DNA of 64,000 nucleotides from Verrucomicrobiota bacterium (GTDB lineage: Bacteria; Verrucomicrobiota; Verrucomicrobiia; Limisphaerales; J093): assembly GCA_022710935.1 (NCBI GenBank), contig JAKLFY010000010.1, positions 19,562-83,561 of the forward strand, read 5' to 3'. Shown in pieces: positions 1 to 10,500 of this stretch; within the stretch, counting starts at the first letter, position 1; each line of letters opens with the position of its first letter. A program made the position numbers and the translations under genes. The notes under the pieces were generated by a model, which was not told the origin of the DNA, did no database searches, and was given only the letters and a program-made list of their open reading frames with translations.

Positions 1-83
1 ACGCACTTCCCCGGGCGTCCGAGTCGAATCATCGAGTCGAATTCTCGGTTGAACGCCATGGGCGCTGTTCTTATGCTCGAAAG

Positions 84-2717
84 ATGTTGCGGTGCTTTGT
101 CTTCTCTTTACGCCTCCGGATGGCGGGCCTGGCTGCATTTCTCCTCCTTTCTCTGGGTGCTCTCCATGGCGCGCCCCCGCCCGCTCGGCTGGGTGCCCCT
201 GACGAGGAATCAGACCTAATCGGGGTGGCCAGGGACGCCGGCGTGAGGATTCAGACGGCGTCCGCCGGGGGTCCGGTGCAGTATCTGACGTCGCCGTATC
301 TGCAAAACGTGCGATCCAATGCCATCGCGATCCTGTGGGAACTCGAAGCCGCGGCGCAATGCGCGGTTGAATATGGACTGGACGCTGCCTATGGCTTGCA
401 GACCCCCTGCACCCGTGAGCCCTCGGGAGCGGGAAGCCAGATCTATCGCTGCACGTTGACCAGCCTGCAGCCCGGCACTACGTACTGCTTCCGTTCCCTT
501 GCGAACGGACAGCCCGGTCCGGGCGGCGTGTTCACAACCGCTCCCGCCGAGCCCGGTCCGTTTTCGTTCTGCGTTTGGTCTGACAGCCAGGGATGGAACC
601 ACGGAAGCTACGATGCCGATCCGCTCGAGCCCACCAAGAGCATGTTTCGCCACATGGCCTCGAGCGGGATTCAGTTTGCAGTGACCTGCGGCGACCTGGC
701 GGAGTCGGGATCGTCCTACGAGGACACGCGCCAGTATTACCTTGATCGTGCCGCCCTCCTGCTCGGGACCAGGGTCCCCTGGTTCGTCGCGTGGGGCAAC
801 CATGACGGCGGGGCCACGAGTCTGATCCGTCGATTCGCCGATCAACCCAGTCAGCAGCGGCCCGGATACACCGCCGGCTACGGCAGTTACTCGTTCGACT
901 ACGCGGGCTGCCACTTCGTGTGCATCGATTACGCATCGAGCGCAGTCGACATCGCCACATGGCTCGAGGCCGACCTGCAATCGACCGCAAACCGCAATGC
1001 CCGGTTCACCTTCCTCTTCATCCATGTCCCCCCCTATTGCGAACTCTGGATCGATGGGAACGCCAACCTCCGCGCGACGCTGGTGCCGCTGATGGAGGCG
1101 TACGGCGTCGACGTCTGTTTCAGCGGTCACACCCACGAGTATTCCCGCGGTTTCCTCAATGGCGTTTACTATTGCATCACGGGCGGCGGCAGTTGGCTGG
1201 ATTTTCCGGAATTCCTGGTCGCCGACTGGGACCATATGACGGTGGGTGGGCAGCACGCCATTCCCGGCGTTGTCAAACCGTCCCCTGAAAGTGGCGGCGG
1301 CCTTGTCAACGAATACGTGCGCGTGGACGTCACCGAAGACTCCTTCACCGCATCCATGATCGCTTTCTCTCCGGACGGCAAGGTGCTTGGGGTGCTGGAT
1401 CAATTCTCGATGACCCGCGATCCCGCCTCGCGTCCGCCTCTCACACCCGTCATCACCGGACCTTCCTCGATGGATGCATTCGAGGGGGGGACGCTGGAAT
1501 TGGCATGCTCGGCCTTCGCCGATCCCGATTCCGACAGCGTGCATTTGCAGAGCCGGTGGCGGCTCAGCCGCAGTTCGAACGTCGAGGCGAGCGAAGGGAT
1601 CCTTTTCGAGCAGGTGACCGGCGCCGGCATCACCAACTGCCTGATCTCCGCGACCAACATCTGGCCGGGACAAGTCGTTTACGCGAGCGTTCAGCACATG
1701 GCGGGAGACGGAATGGTGAGCGCGTTCGCGTCCCCGATTGCGATTCGCATCATGCCCGACCCGATCTATCGCGAGGACTTCGAGAGTGTGGCCGAATTCA
1801 GCCTGCCCGCCGGATGGGTGGCCACGCATTGTACGAGCGTTCTCTCGAACACTTGGGATCCAGACGACCCGCAGTCGAACACCTATCTGACCTGGACAGT
1901 CGTCTCGAGCAGCCGTTTGCAGGCTCTTGGGGCGAATCGGCTCAGCGTGCCGGGCGTCGTCCATGGCAATTCGGTGTACGCCGAGTCGGACCAGCGGAGC
2001 GGTGTCCAGATCCAATACCTGACGACCCCCGATTATGACCTGCGCGGGTTCGAGAACATCAGCCTGGTCTTTCGCAGCAACTACATCCAGAACCAAGACA
2101 GCCTCGCCGCTCTCGAGTTCTCGATTGACCGCGGCGCCACGTGGCTTCCTGTGGTCTATCTGCTCGATAGCAAGGACGTGGTTTTCCGGCCCGACGGCGT
2201 GACCATCGATGCGGCAGTCACGTTCGGTCGGGTGGACCCGGACGGCGTGCCCAACGCCAGCGGCACCGCGGCGTCTGGCGGGACCTACGGCGAACACATC
2301 TTGAGTCGTCCGTTCGAAAACCTTGCACCGCACATCCAGGGTCGGGTCAACGATGGCACGATCGAGTCGAAGCGCGTCGAGTGCTTTCGGCTGCCCGCTG
2401 CCGACGGCCAGGCCGCCGTCCGGTTCCGATTCGTGCAGGTTGGGACCGCCAGTTGGTTCTGGGGAATCGATGACTTCGCACTCTTCGGGTCCGCTGTGGC
2501 TCAGGACCCGCTCCGGATTGTCGGCGCCGCCGCCCGGCAGGATGGGCTCCACCTCGATTGGACCGGTCCGGACGGCCCGTACCGGGTCCAGGTCCGGGCC
2601 GTGCTCGATGTGGGCTCGTGGGAGGATTATGGGGTTGCGATCGACGCCGCTCGACGGTCCGTCGTCCTGCCGATCAGTGGCCTCAATGGTTTCTACCGGA
2701 TCCGACTGGATCGCTGA
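84..2717 (+). CDS. Secreted calcineurin-like metallophosphoesterase (purple-acid-phosphatase-like) with additional C-terminal beta-sandwich domains
   Basis: 877-aa ORF with ATG at 84 and a hydrophobic signal peptide (LAAFLLLSLGALHG). Metallophosphoesterase motifs GDLAESG, WGNHD and GHTHEY are present. It ends in a ...FYRIRLDR module resembling the C-termini of two other secreted proteins in this window. Confidence 0.75.
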   Translation: MLRCFVFSLRLRMAGLAAFLLLSLGALHGAPPPARLGAPDEESDLIGVARDAGVRIQTASAGGPVQYLTSPYLQNVRSNAIAILWELEAAAQCAVEYGLDAAYGLQTPCTREPSGAGSQIYRCTLTSLQPGTTYCFRSLANGQPGPGGVFTTAPAEPGPFSFCVWSDSQGWNHGSYDADPLEPTKSMFRHMASSGIQFAVTCGDLAESGSSYEDTRQYYLDRAALLLGTRVPWFVAWGNHDGGATSLIRRFADQPSQQRPGYTAGYGSYSFDYAGCHFVCIDYASSAVDIATWLEADLQSTANRNARFTFLFIHVPPYCELWIDGNANLRATLVPLMEAYGVDVCFSGHTHEYSRGFLNGVYYCITGGGSWLDFPEFLVADWDHMTVGGQHAIPGVVKPSPESGGGLVNEYVRVDVTEDSFTASMIAFSPDGKVLGVLDQFSMTRDPASRPPLTPVITGPSSMDAFEGGTLELACSAFADPDSDSVHLQSRWRLSRSSNVEASEGILFEQVTGAGITNCLISATNIWPGQVVYASVQHMAGDGMVSAFASPIAIRIMPDPIYREDFESVAEFSLPAGWVATHCTSVLSNTWDPDDPQSNTYLTWTVVSSSRLQALGANRLSVPGVVHGNSVYAESDQRSGVQIQYLTTPDYDLRGFENISLVFRSNYIQNQDSLAALEFSIDRGATWLPVVYLLDSKDVVFRPDGVTIDAAVTFGRVDPDGVPNASGTAASGGTYGEHILSRPFENLAPHIQGRVNDGTIESKRVECFRLPAADGQAAVRFRFVQVGTASWFWGIDDFALFGSAVAQDPLRIVGAAARQDGLHLDWTGPDGPYRVQVRAVLDVGSWEDYGVAIDAARRSVVLPISGLNGFYRIRLDR

Positions 2718-2779
2718 TTGCAGCCATTCGCAGCCATTCCACTTGTCAGCGGCGCGTTTCGGTGGGCAGACTGCGTCGG

Positions 2780-4156
2780 ATGTTCCCTGACACCATTCTC
2801 TCGACTGTGACCGCGCGGGGCGAGACCTTGCCATTCCCCCTCCGCCTGCGTGGACTTCTGCTTGTGATGTTTGCAGCGGCTGGCGCGGGATCGCACGCCG
2901 CGAACTGGCCGGCGTGGCGCGGGCCGGATGGCAACGGGATTTGCCCGGAGACCCGGCTTCCACTGCATTGGTCGACCAACGAGAATGTGCGTTGGCAGAC
3001 GCCGTTGCCGATGCTCGGCAATTCGACTCCGGTGGTCTGGGGCAACCGCGTGTTTCTCACCCAAACCGTGGCCGAGGAAAGCCGTCGCTGCCTCTTCTGC
3101 CTGGACCTCGAAGGCGGAGACATTCTCTGGCAGGCTGGGCCGGTCTGGACGGGACCCGATTCGGGCGGCGACCAGAATCCTCCGTGCACGCCTTCGGCCG
3201 TGACCGATGGGCGGCGGGTGATCGCATGGTTCGGATCAGCCGGCGTCTTCTGTTACGATCTGAAAGGCCGCGAGGTGTGGCGCCGCGACCTGGGCCGTCA
3301 ATCCCATCCATGGGGTTACGCCTCTTCGCCGGTGATTTATCGGGGACTCTGCCTGCTCAATTTCGGGCCGGGCGAGCGGACTTTCGTCACAGCCCTGGAT
3401 CTCCGAAACGGCCGGACAGTGTGGCAACACGACGTGCCGCCCATCCCCGCCGATGCGAAATGGGAGGCCTATGGAGGCAACGTCAACGATTGGAAGCGGC
3501 TGGGATCGCCGGCCGTTGCCGAGGTCACAGGCTCGTGTGCGACGCCCTTGCTGGTCTCGACATCCGGGCGCCCGGAAGCCGTGGTGCCACTCCCGATGCG
3601 GCTGATGGCCTTCGCGCCCGCAACGGGGGCCGTCCTGTGGAGTTGTGAAGGACCGAACACCGGCGCTTACAGCTCGCCGTTTGACGGCGATGGCCTTGTG
3701 GCCGCCTTCGGGAGCGGCCTCCGCAACACCGCCCTCGTGGTGCGGCCCGGCGGGAGGGGCGATGTCACGGCCACGCATCGGGTGTGGAATCGGTTGCCGG
3801 CCAACAGCAAGGCCTGCCTCGGCTCCGGCGTCATCACCGGCGGGCACATCTACCTGGTCACCATGATGGGCTTCGCTCAGTGCCTCGACCTCCGCACGGG
3901 CGAAACCGTCTGGGAGGAACGTCTCACTGGCACCGGCGCCCGCAACGGCTTCTGGTCTTCCCCAATCCTGGCCGGGGACCGCATCTACGCGGCGAACCAG
4001 AACGCGGACGTCTTCGTGCTTCGGGTGGCTCCGCGGTTCGAATGTCTCGCCACCAATTCCCTCGGCGGAGAACTCATGAACGCCTCGCCCGCGGCCGCGC
4101 GCGGCACCATCCTGTTGCGAACGGAGAAGCGTCTGTGGTGTATCGCCGAACGGTGA
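2780..4156 (+). CDS. Secreted PQQ-like beta-propeller repeat protein
   Basis: In-frame ATG at 2780 (MFPDT...) gives signal peptide LLLVMFAAAGAGSHA followed by NWPAWRGPDGNGI, a typical N-terminus of this family. Repeated W/G-rich blade-like segments follow. The upstream part of the 532-aa track ORF overlaps gene 1 and does not look coding. Confidence 0.75.
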   Translation: MFPDTILSTVTARGETLPFPLRLRGLLLVMFAAAGAGSHAANWPAWRGPDGNGICPETRLPLHWSTNENVRWQTPLPMLGNSTPVVWGNRVFLTQTVAEESRRCLFCLDLEGGDILWQAGPVWTGPDSGGDQNPPCTPSAVTDGRRVIAWFGSAGVFCYDLKGREVWRRDLGRQSHPWGYASSPVIYRGLCLLNFGPGERTFVTALDLRNGRTVWQHDVPPIPADAKWEAYGGNVNDWKRLGSPAVAEVTGSCATPLLVSTSGRPEAVVPLPMRLMAFAPATGAVLWSCEGPNTGAYSSPFDGDGLVAAFGSGLRNTALVVRPGGRGDVTATHRVWNRLPANSKACLGSGVITGGHIYLVTMMGFAQCLDLRTGETVWEERLTGTGARNGFWSSPILAGDRIYAANQNADVFVLRVAPRFECLATNSLGGELMNASPAAARGTILLRTEKRLWCIAER

Positions 4157-4158
4157 AC

Positions 4159-4548
4159 GGCAGCCTGCCCAGGTACGAGTGCCTGGCAACGCGTCTTGTC
4201 CGGGTCTACTCATTCGCCTCGGGGCCCGGCGGCATCGATCCGGCGACGGTGAAGGACATCACGGATCAGGGCGTGACCGCGACGGCGGACGGGCCGCGCC
4301 GGCTCACGGTGCGGGTGCCTGCCCAGTCCGGGCGCGCGGCCTGCGTGATCGCCTCGCACACGTGCCTGACACCCGACGTTTTTGCGCCGCATCTGATCGA
4401 GTACCAGCGCGGCATCATCGCGCAATACGCCGATCTGCCCCTGGCGGGGATCATGAAAGACGAGTGGGGATTTCCGCCGGACCACACGGGCAATCCCAAT
4501 CACGACCGTTACTGGCAGAGACTGTCCGTGCCGGCACCCTTCGAGTAA
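4159..4548 (+). pseudogene. Orphan C-terminal gene fragment (no credible start); possible remnant of a larger enzyme
   Basis: Continuation of the 3784..4548 frame past the stop of the preceding gene. The sequence looks coding (...HLIEYQRGIIAQYADLPLAGIMKDEWGFPPDHTGNPNHDRYW...), but the only in-frame ATG lies near the end and there is no N-terminal domain. Confidence 0.25.
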
Positions 4549-4632
4549 CGCTCTCTGCGGTGCGGGGCTCAGCCCGCATTATGGAGTTTGGACATTTTGG
4601 TTGCGGCTTTGCCGCGCCAAGAAACATGCGGG

Positions 4633-6282
4633 TCAGGAGGGGTCCCCGGCGAGTTGCGCCACGATTTGGCGTGCTTCTTTCAGAACGGCGTGGAGGTGCT
4701 CATCGCTTCGCAGGCTTTCGGCGTAGATCTTCACGATGTTCTCGGTTCCCGATGGTCGGGCGGCAAACCAGCCGTGATCGGTTGCGACCCGGAGGCCCCC
4801 GATCGGGGCGCCAAACTCCGGATCCTTCGCCACAATCGAGGTGACGGGGTCGCCCGCTAATTCGCGAGGCGCGATGCAGTCAGGGTTGGCGTTCTTGAGG
4901 ATGCGCTTCTGCTCGGCGGAACAGGGGGCATCGACGCGGCGGTAGTGGCTGCGACCCAGAATTGCGCAGAGGTGGTTGAAGTACTGGGCCGGATCGAGAC
5001 CGGTGCGGGCCGTGATCTCGGCTGCCAGCAAGCCGAGCAGAATGCCGTCTTTGTCCGTCGTCCAGACCGTCGCGTCTTTCCTGAGGAAACTCGCTCCGGC
5101 GCTCTCTTCGCCGCCGAAGCAAAACGCGCCTGTGTTCAGGCCGCCGGCAAACCACTTGAAACCGACCGGCACCTCGGCAAGGCGGCGTCCGACACTCTGC
5201 ACAACGCGGTCGATGAGGGCGCTGCTGACGATGGTCTTGCCAACGGCTGAAGAGAGCGGCCAGGCGTGCCGGCGCGTGTGGAGAAAGTGGATGGCAACGG
5301 CCAGATAGTGGTTGGGATCCATCAGGCCGTGGGAGGGCGTGACGATTCCGTGGCGGTCGGCGTCAGGGTCGTTCGCGAAGGCGATGTCATACTGTTTTTG
5401 CAGATGGACCAGGCCCTGCATCGCGTGCTTGCTCGAGCAATCCATCCGAATCTTGCCGTCGTGATCGACGGTCATGAACTGGAACGTGGGGTCGACTTTG
5501 GGATTCGTCACGGCCAGGTTCAGGCCGTAACGCTCGCGGATCGGCTCCCAGTACGGCAGCGACGCGCCGCCCAGCGGATCCACACCGATTCGGATGCCCG
5601 AGAGGCGAATGACCTCGAAATCGATCACGGAACTCAGGTCGCGGGCGTAGTCCGCCACGAAATCAGCCTGGTCTTTGGCGGTGGCCTTCAGAGCGGCCTG
5701 GGACGAGGTGCGTTTCACATCCCGGTTGCGATCGCGCAGCAGGGCGTTGGCTCGATTCTGAATCCAGTCCGTGACTTCCGTTTCCGCCGGCCCGCCCGAA
5801 CACGGGTTGTACTTGAGCCCGCCGTCCGCGGGCGGGTTGTGCGAGGGCGTGATGACGATCCCGTCCGAGAAGCCGGCCGTTCGTCCCTGATTCCAGGCGA
5901 GGATCGCGCGGGAGATTGCGGGGGTCGGTGTGTAGCCGTCACCGCGCTGGGTGACGGCCGTGACATTGTTGGCCGCCAGCACTTCGAGGGCCGTACGTTC
6001 CGCCACAGCCGAGGCGGCGTGGGTGTCCTTGCCCATGAAGAGCGGGCCGTCGATGTCTTTCGCTCGCCGATAGTCGCAGATTGCCTGGGCGATGGCCGCA
6101 ATATGACCTTCGGTGAACGTCCCATCGAGGGGCGTGCCCCGGTGCCCGCTTGTCCCGAAGCTCACCAGTTGATGGGGGTCGGTCGGGTCGGGCTTGTTTT
6201 CGTAATACGCCTTTTCGAGTTTGCTGACGTCGATCAGCAACTCAGGCGGCGCCGGTTGGCCGGCCAGCGGATGGACCTTCAT
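4633..6282 (-). CDS. pgm: Phosphoglucomutase, alpha-D-glucose phosphate-specific
   Basis: ATG at 6282 gives MKVHPLAGQPAPPELLIDVSKLEKAYY...FGTSGHRGT, collinear with enterobacterial Pgm. It has the active-site Ser loop TSGHRG, the metal loop DPDADRHG and the sugar loop GEESAG. Length is 549 aa. The track ORF N-terminal extension to 6897 is non-coding. Confidence 0.92.
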   Translation of the reverse strand: MKVHPLAGQPAPPELLIDVSKLEKAYYENKPDPTDPHQLVSFGTSGHRGTPLDGTFTEGHIAAIAQAICDYRRAKDIDGPLFMGKDTHAASAVAERTALEVLAANNVTAVTQRGDGYTPTPAISRAILAWNQGRTAGFSDGIVITPSHNPPADGGLKYNPCSGGPAETEVTDWIQNRANALLRDRNRDVKRTSSQAALKATAKDQADFVADYARDLSSVIDFEVIRLSGIRIGVDPLGGASLPYWEPIRERYGLNLAVTNPKVDPTFQFMTVDHDGKIRMDCSSKHAMQGLVHLQKQYDIAFANDPDADRHGIVTPSHGLMDPNHYLAVAIHFLHTRRHAWPLSSAVGKTIVSSALIDRVVQSVGRRLAEVPVGFKWFAGGLNTGAFCFGGEESAGASFLRKDATVWTTDKDGILLGLLAAEITARTGLDPAQYFNHLCAILGRSHYRRVDAPCSAEQKRILKNANPDCIAPRELAGDPVTSIVAKDPEFGAPIGGLRVATDHGWFAARPSGTENIVKIYAESLRSDEHLHAVLKEARQIVAQLAGDPS

Positions 6283-6408
6283 AGGCGGCGCCGAGTATGG
6301 GGCCGCGGCGTGGCCGACGCGAGCAAAGAAACGACCCCGGGCGGGCGCACGCTTTTCCGCATGACGCTCTGGATTTTCCGAAGCGGCTTCGGTATGGTCC
6401 GTCTCAAT

Positions 6409-7302
6409 ATGCTTTGCGAACCACTGTTGCAGATTGATCTGCCCGGCGTTGCCAAGGTCAAAAGCGGAAAAGTGCGGGAGATCTTCGATCTCGGGGACGC
6501 CCTCCTGCTCGTCGCCACCGACCGCATTTCCGCTTTCGATTGCATCATGCCCAACGGCATTCCACGCAAGGGCGAAGTCCTGACACAACTGTCGCATTTC
6601 TGGTTCGAACGGTTTGCGGGCCTCATCCCGAATCACCTCCTGGCGGGGCCTCGGGACCCCCTGCCGGCGGCCCTGCAGCCTCACGCCGCGGCGCTTGCCA
6701 GACGCAGCATGCTGGTCAAGAAGGCCAAACCGCTCGCCATCGAGTGCGTCGTGCGCGGCTACCTGGCCGGCTCCGGTATGAAGGAGTATCGCGCCCGCCA
6801 GACCGTCTGCGGCATCGCGCTCCCCGCCGGACTGACCGAGTCCGCGGAGTTGCCCGAGCCCATATTCACCCCGGCGACGAAGGCCGAGAGCGGCCACGAC
6901 GAGAACATCTCCTTCGATGAAGCGGCCGGCATTGTCGGTCCTGAACTGGCCGCGCAGGCTCGGGCGGCGAGCCTGGCTCTCTATACCAATGCCCGCGACT
7001 ACGCCCGCGAGCGGGGAATCATCATCGCCGATACCAAGTTCGAGTTCGGCCTGTTCAACGGACAGTTGATCCTCATCGATGAGGTGCTCACGCCGGACTC
7101 CTCGCGCTTCTGGCCGGCCGACCAGTATGCGGCGGGCCGCGGCCAGCCGAGTTTCGACAAGCAGTTTGTGCGCGATTATCTCGATACGCTCGATTGGGAC
7201 AAGACTCCGCCCGCGCCGGCCCTTCCGCCCGAGGTGGTGGCGAAGACGCAGGAGAAGTACCTCGAGGCCTACCAGCGGTTGACGGGCAAGACGTTGTCAT
7301 GA
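6409..7302 (+). CDS. purC: Phosphoribosylaminoimidazole-succinocarboxamide (SAICAR) synthase
   Basis: Motifs SGKVREIFDLG, ATDRISAFD and LIDEVLTPDSSRFW. ATG at 6409 (MLCEPLLQIDLPG...) gives 297 aa; alternative ATGs lie at 6394 and 6361. The first ~380 codons of the 678-aa track ORF are antisense to pgm. Confidence 0.9.
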   Translation: MLCEPLLQIDLPGVAKVKSGKVREIFDLGDALLLVATDRISAFDCIMPNGIPRKGEVLTQLSHFWFERFAGLIPNHLLAGPRDPLPAALQPHAAALARRSMLVKKAKPLAIECVVRGYLAGSGMKEYRARQTVCGIALPAGLTESAELPEPIFTPATKAESGHDENISFDEAAGIVGPELAAQARAASLALYTNARDYARERGIIIADTKFEFGLFNGQLILIDEVLTPDSSRFWPADQYAAGRGQPSFDKQFVRDYLDTLDWDKTPPAPALPPEVVAKTQEKYLEAYQRLTGKTLS

Positions 7303-7357
7303 CGGACTCAGACCTGTCGGCACGCGATCAACCGCGGTTTCTGCTTGGTCCTGGATG

Positions 7358-7510
7358 GTTCATGGCAAGTGTTGACATTCAACAGTTGAATGCGCACGAG
7401 GACCATGAACCGGCTTGTAGCCGTCCCGCATCGCGGGATGAGTCGGCGCTGAATCCTGCCTTTGGCGGAGCGAGATGGCGCGGACTCATCCCGCGATGCG
7501 GGACGGCGAC
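7358..7510. repeat. Composite intergenic palindromic repeat (module A plus 25-bp perfect inverted repeat)
   Basis: Nested hairpins: GGTTCATGG (7358-7366) pairs with CCATGAACC (7403-7411), and CATTCAAC-A-GTTGAATG lies at 7376-7392. A perfect 25-nt inverted repeat GCCGTCCCGCATCGCGGGATGAGTC follows at 7420-7444 and 7483-7507. Related copies occur at 36373, 37214 and 46019-46150. Confidence 0.8.
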
Positions 7511-7549
7511 GGAACCAAGGTTCACGGGTGAACTCGCGGTCTCGCGCGT

Positions 7550-10500
7550 GTGAACGACATGATTCAGAGTCCCGCTCCGGGCGAGCGTGAGGTGCGGTTC
7601 GTCGGCGACGTTGTCCGTTTCACTCTGCGTCGCTGCGAGGGCCAGCCGTGGCCACCGCGTTGGCGGGGATTCTTGAGAACCAACCTCGGCCGGGCCGCCG
7701 CGGCCCGCGCCGAGATCATCGCCTCAGTCGAACGCGAGCGCCCGCCTGCCCTGGGTTCATGGCACGATATTCCGTTGCAGCTCGAGGGGGCGACCTGGAG
7801 CTGCAAAGTCCCGCTGGCGGAGGTCGGGTGCTTTCGGGCGAAGGCCTATGTCCTCGACGAGCGCGGGTGGCAGCACTGGCCGGAGGGCCACGATGTCAGC
7901 ATTAACGTGCAACCGGATTTCTGCCGGACCCGGAACATCATCTACTGCGCCTTCACGCGCATGTTCGGTCCCACCCGCACCACGGCTTTGACAGTTGATC
8001 CGAAGCTCGACGCTCGCCTTGAGGTTCTCGATCAGCGCGGCTACACCGTCATCCCGCCCTCGGGCAAGCTGCGGGATTTGGTCCGCGCGCTGCCGCATGT
8101 GTTCGACACGCTGGGATGCCGGATTCTGCACCTGTTGCCTGTCAACCCGACGCCCACTGTGTACGCGCGCTTCGGGCGGTTCGGCAGTCCGTACGCCGCC
8201 GGCGATCTGCTGGCGATCGATCCTGCGCTTGTTGAATTCGATCGCCGCACCACGGGTTTGGATCAGTTCCGGGAGCTGGCATGGGCCGTGCACGAGCGCG
8301 GGGGCCGGCTGTTCCTCGATATGGCGATCAACCACACCGGCTGGGGGTCGACGCTCCAGGAAGAGCATCCGGAGTGGTTTGCGCGGGATCGGGAAGGCCG
8401 GTTCAAGAGTCCCAGCGCCTGGGGGACCGTATGGGAAGACCTCGTCGAGCTCGAGCAGCATCACCCCGGACTGCGCCGTCATTTCGGGGACGTCTTTCTC
8501 GAATGGTGTCGGCGGGGTGTGGATGGGTTCCGCTGCGATGCGGGGTACCAGGTGCCGCTGCCGGTCTGGCAATACGTGACCGCTCGTGTGCGCCAGGAGT
8601 TCCCGGACACCGTCTTCTTGCTCGAGGGGCTGGGGGGCGCATGGGAGACGACCGAGAGCCTGCTGACCGAGGGCGGCCTCCAATGGGCCTATTCGGAATT
8701 GTTCCAGAACTACGACGGCGTCCAGGTGGCCGGGTACCTCGACCACGCGTTGCGCCAGAGCCAGCGCGTCGGGCTTCTTGCCCACTACAGTGAAACCCAT
8801 GACAACGAGCGGCTTGCGGCCAAAGGACGCGCCTGGTCGCTCCTGCGCAATCGTCTCTGCGCTCTCACCAGTGTCAGCGGCGCTTTCGGTTTCACCTGCG
8901 GCGTCGAATGGCTGGCTCCCGAGCGCGTGAATGTCCATTCAAGCCGTGGATTGGCCTGGGGCAGCGCTGACAATATTGTGCCCGAGCTGGCGAGGCTGAA
9001 CTGCTTGCTGGGCGATCACCCGTGTTTCTTCGATGGCGCCCGGCTGACTCGCCTGAGCGAGCCGGGCTCGCCCGTCTACGCCTTGCAGCGGATCTCCGCG
9101 GAAGGTCTTGATGAGGTCCTTGTCCTGGTGAACACCGACGTCGGGTCGCCGCAGCCCCTCCGGCTTGGTGCAGACGGCCTGCCGTCCGGCGCTGGCGGTG
9201 GATCTGCGTTGGTCGATTTGCTGGATCAGGAGCCTCCGAACCTTGCCTTGAAGGGCGCGAACCTGGTTGTCACCCTGCCGCCGGCAGCAGTCTTTTGTCT
9301 GGCGTCCAGGCGGCACCCGCGTGGTTTGGCGGGCGAGGCCTATCGCCGCCGCAAGGCATGCGAAGCGCAGGCGCTCGGCGCGCTGTGCCACCACCTGCCG
9401 GTCGAGACGCTCGGCGCCATCGACGTGGTCTCGCTGGGGAAGCGCTTCTCGGAGAACCCCGCAGCCTACTTGAGCGCGCTCACTTACCTGACGCCCGCCA
9501 CGGCAGGCCCGGATATCGAATCCGCATTGGAGGCGGCGATGACCGCATTCCCGCGGGTGATAATCTGGGACTGGCCGGATCGGAACCGTGTTCTCCCCGT
9601 GCCGCCCGAGCATTGGCTGCTGGTCCACGATGCCGCTCCTTTTCGCGCAACGCTGGCTGCCAGCCCGCCGACCGCATCCGTCCCGCGGCACGCGGTGTCC
9701 GTCCCAACCGCCCAGGGGCACATCGCCTGCTTTCCGCCCCGAGCCGATGTCGGCGATGCGAGTCTGACGGTTGATCGTTTCGTGAACGGATCGGACCGGC
9801 GCGCCGAGGCCTCCGTGCGTTTCCTTCCGGCGGGACCGCCTTCCGTGGGACGGTCGGCATTGCCCACGCCAGATTCCGTGGTCCTGCTCACCAACGAGCG
9901 CGGTGGCATGGCGCGCTTGCGTGTCGACCTCGGCTCGATCGAGTCCAAGTACGACTGTCTGCTCGCGGCAAACCTGCACCCGCGCGTTCCGGTCGATCGC
10001 CATGTCTTCGCCAAACGGGCCCGCGTTTGGGTCAATGCCGACGGTTTCATTTCGCCGCTCAATGCCGGCAATCTGTTGGCCTTCTCGCCCGGTCCTCCCG
10101 CTCAGTGGCGGTTCCTTGCCCTCGCCGGAGACGGGCGTTTGGTCGAAATCGACCTCGAAGTGCGGATGATTCCCGGTCGCAACACCACTGTGCTCCGGTT
10201 CAGCCGGGCGGACGGGTCGGCGTCGGACCGCAAGAGCCTGCCGCCGGAAGCCGATGTCCGGTTGACCGTGCGTGTTGATATCGAGGACAGGGGATTCCAC
10301 GCGGAGACCAAGCGCAGCCGCGGGGTCGAGGACCACTTCGCCAAGAAGTGTCAGTCTCTCTCTGCGCATCCGACGCCGTCCGGCACTCGATCGCGCGCGC
10401 GTCGTCCGGATCTCACCGATCCCGCGCACTCGAGAGCCCCGTCCAGTCGGTCCGGTTTCGTTTTCACGCCCGCCGCGGACCGCGAACTCCGGGTCTGGGC

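Noticed and set aside
216-2963. 915-aa ORF on the minus strand
   Set aside because: It is entirely antisense to the well-supported metallophosphoesterase gene. It has Arg/Gly/Pro/Ala-rich composition and no recognisable motifs, as expected for a GC-driven shadow ORF.
5266-6408. N-terminal ~380 codons of the 678-aa plus-strand ORF, and the 6283-6897 extension of the pgm ORF
   Set aside because: Each extension is antisense to the other real gene. Homology-like sequence begins only at the internal ATGs (purC 6409, pgm 6282), which give family-typical lengths.
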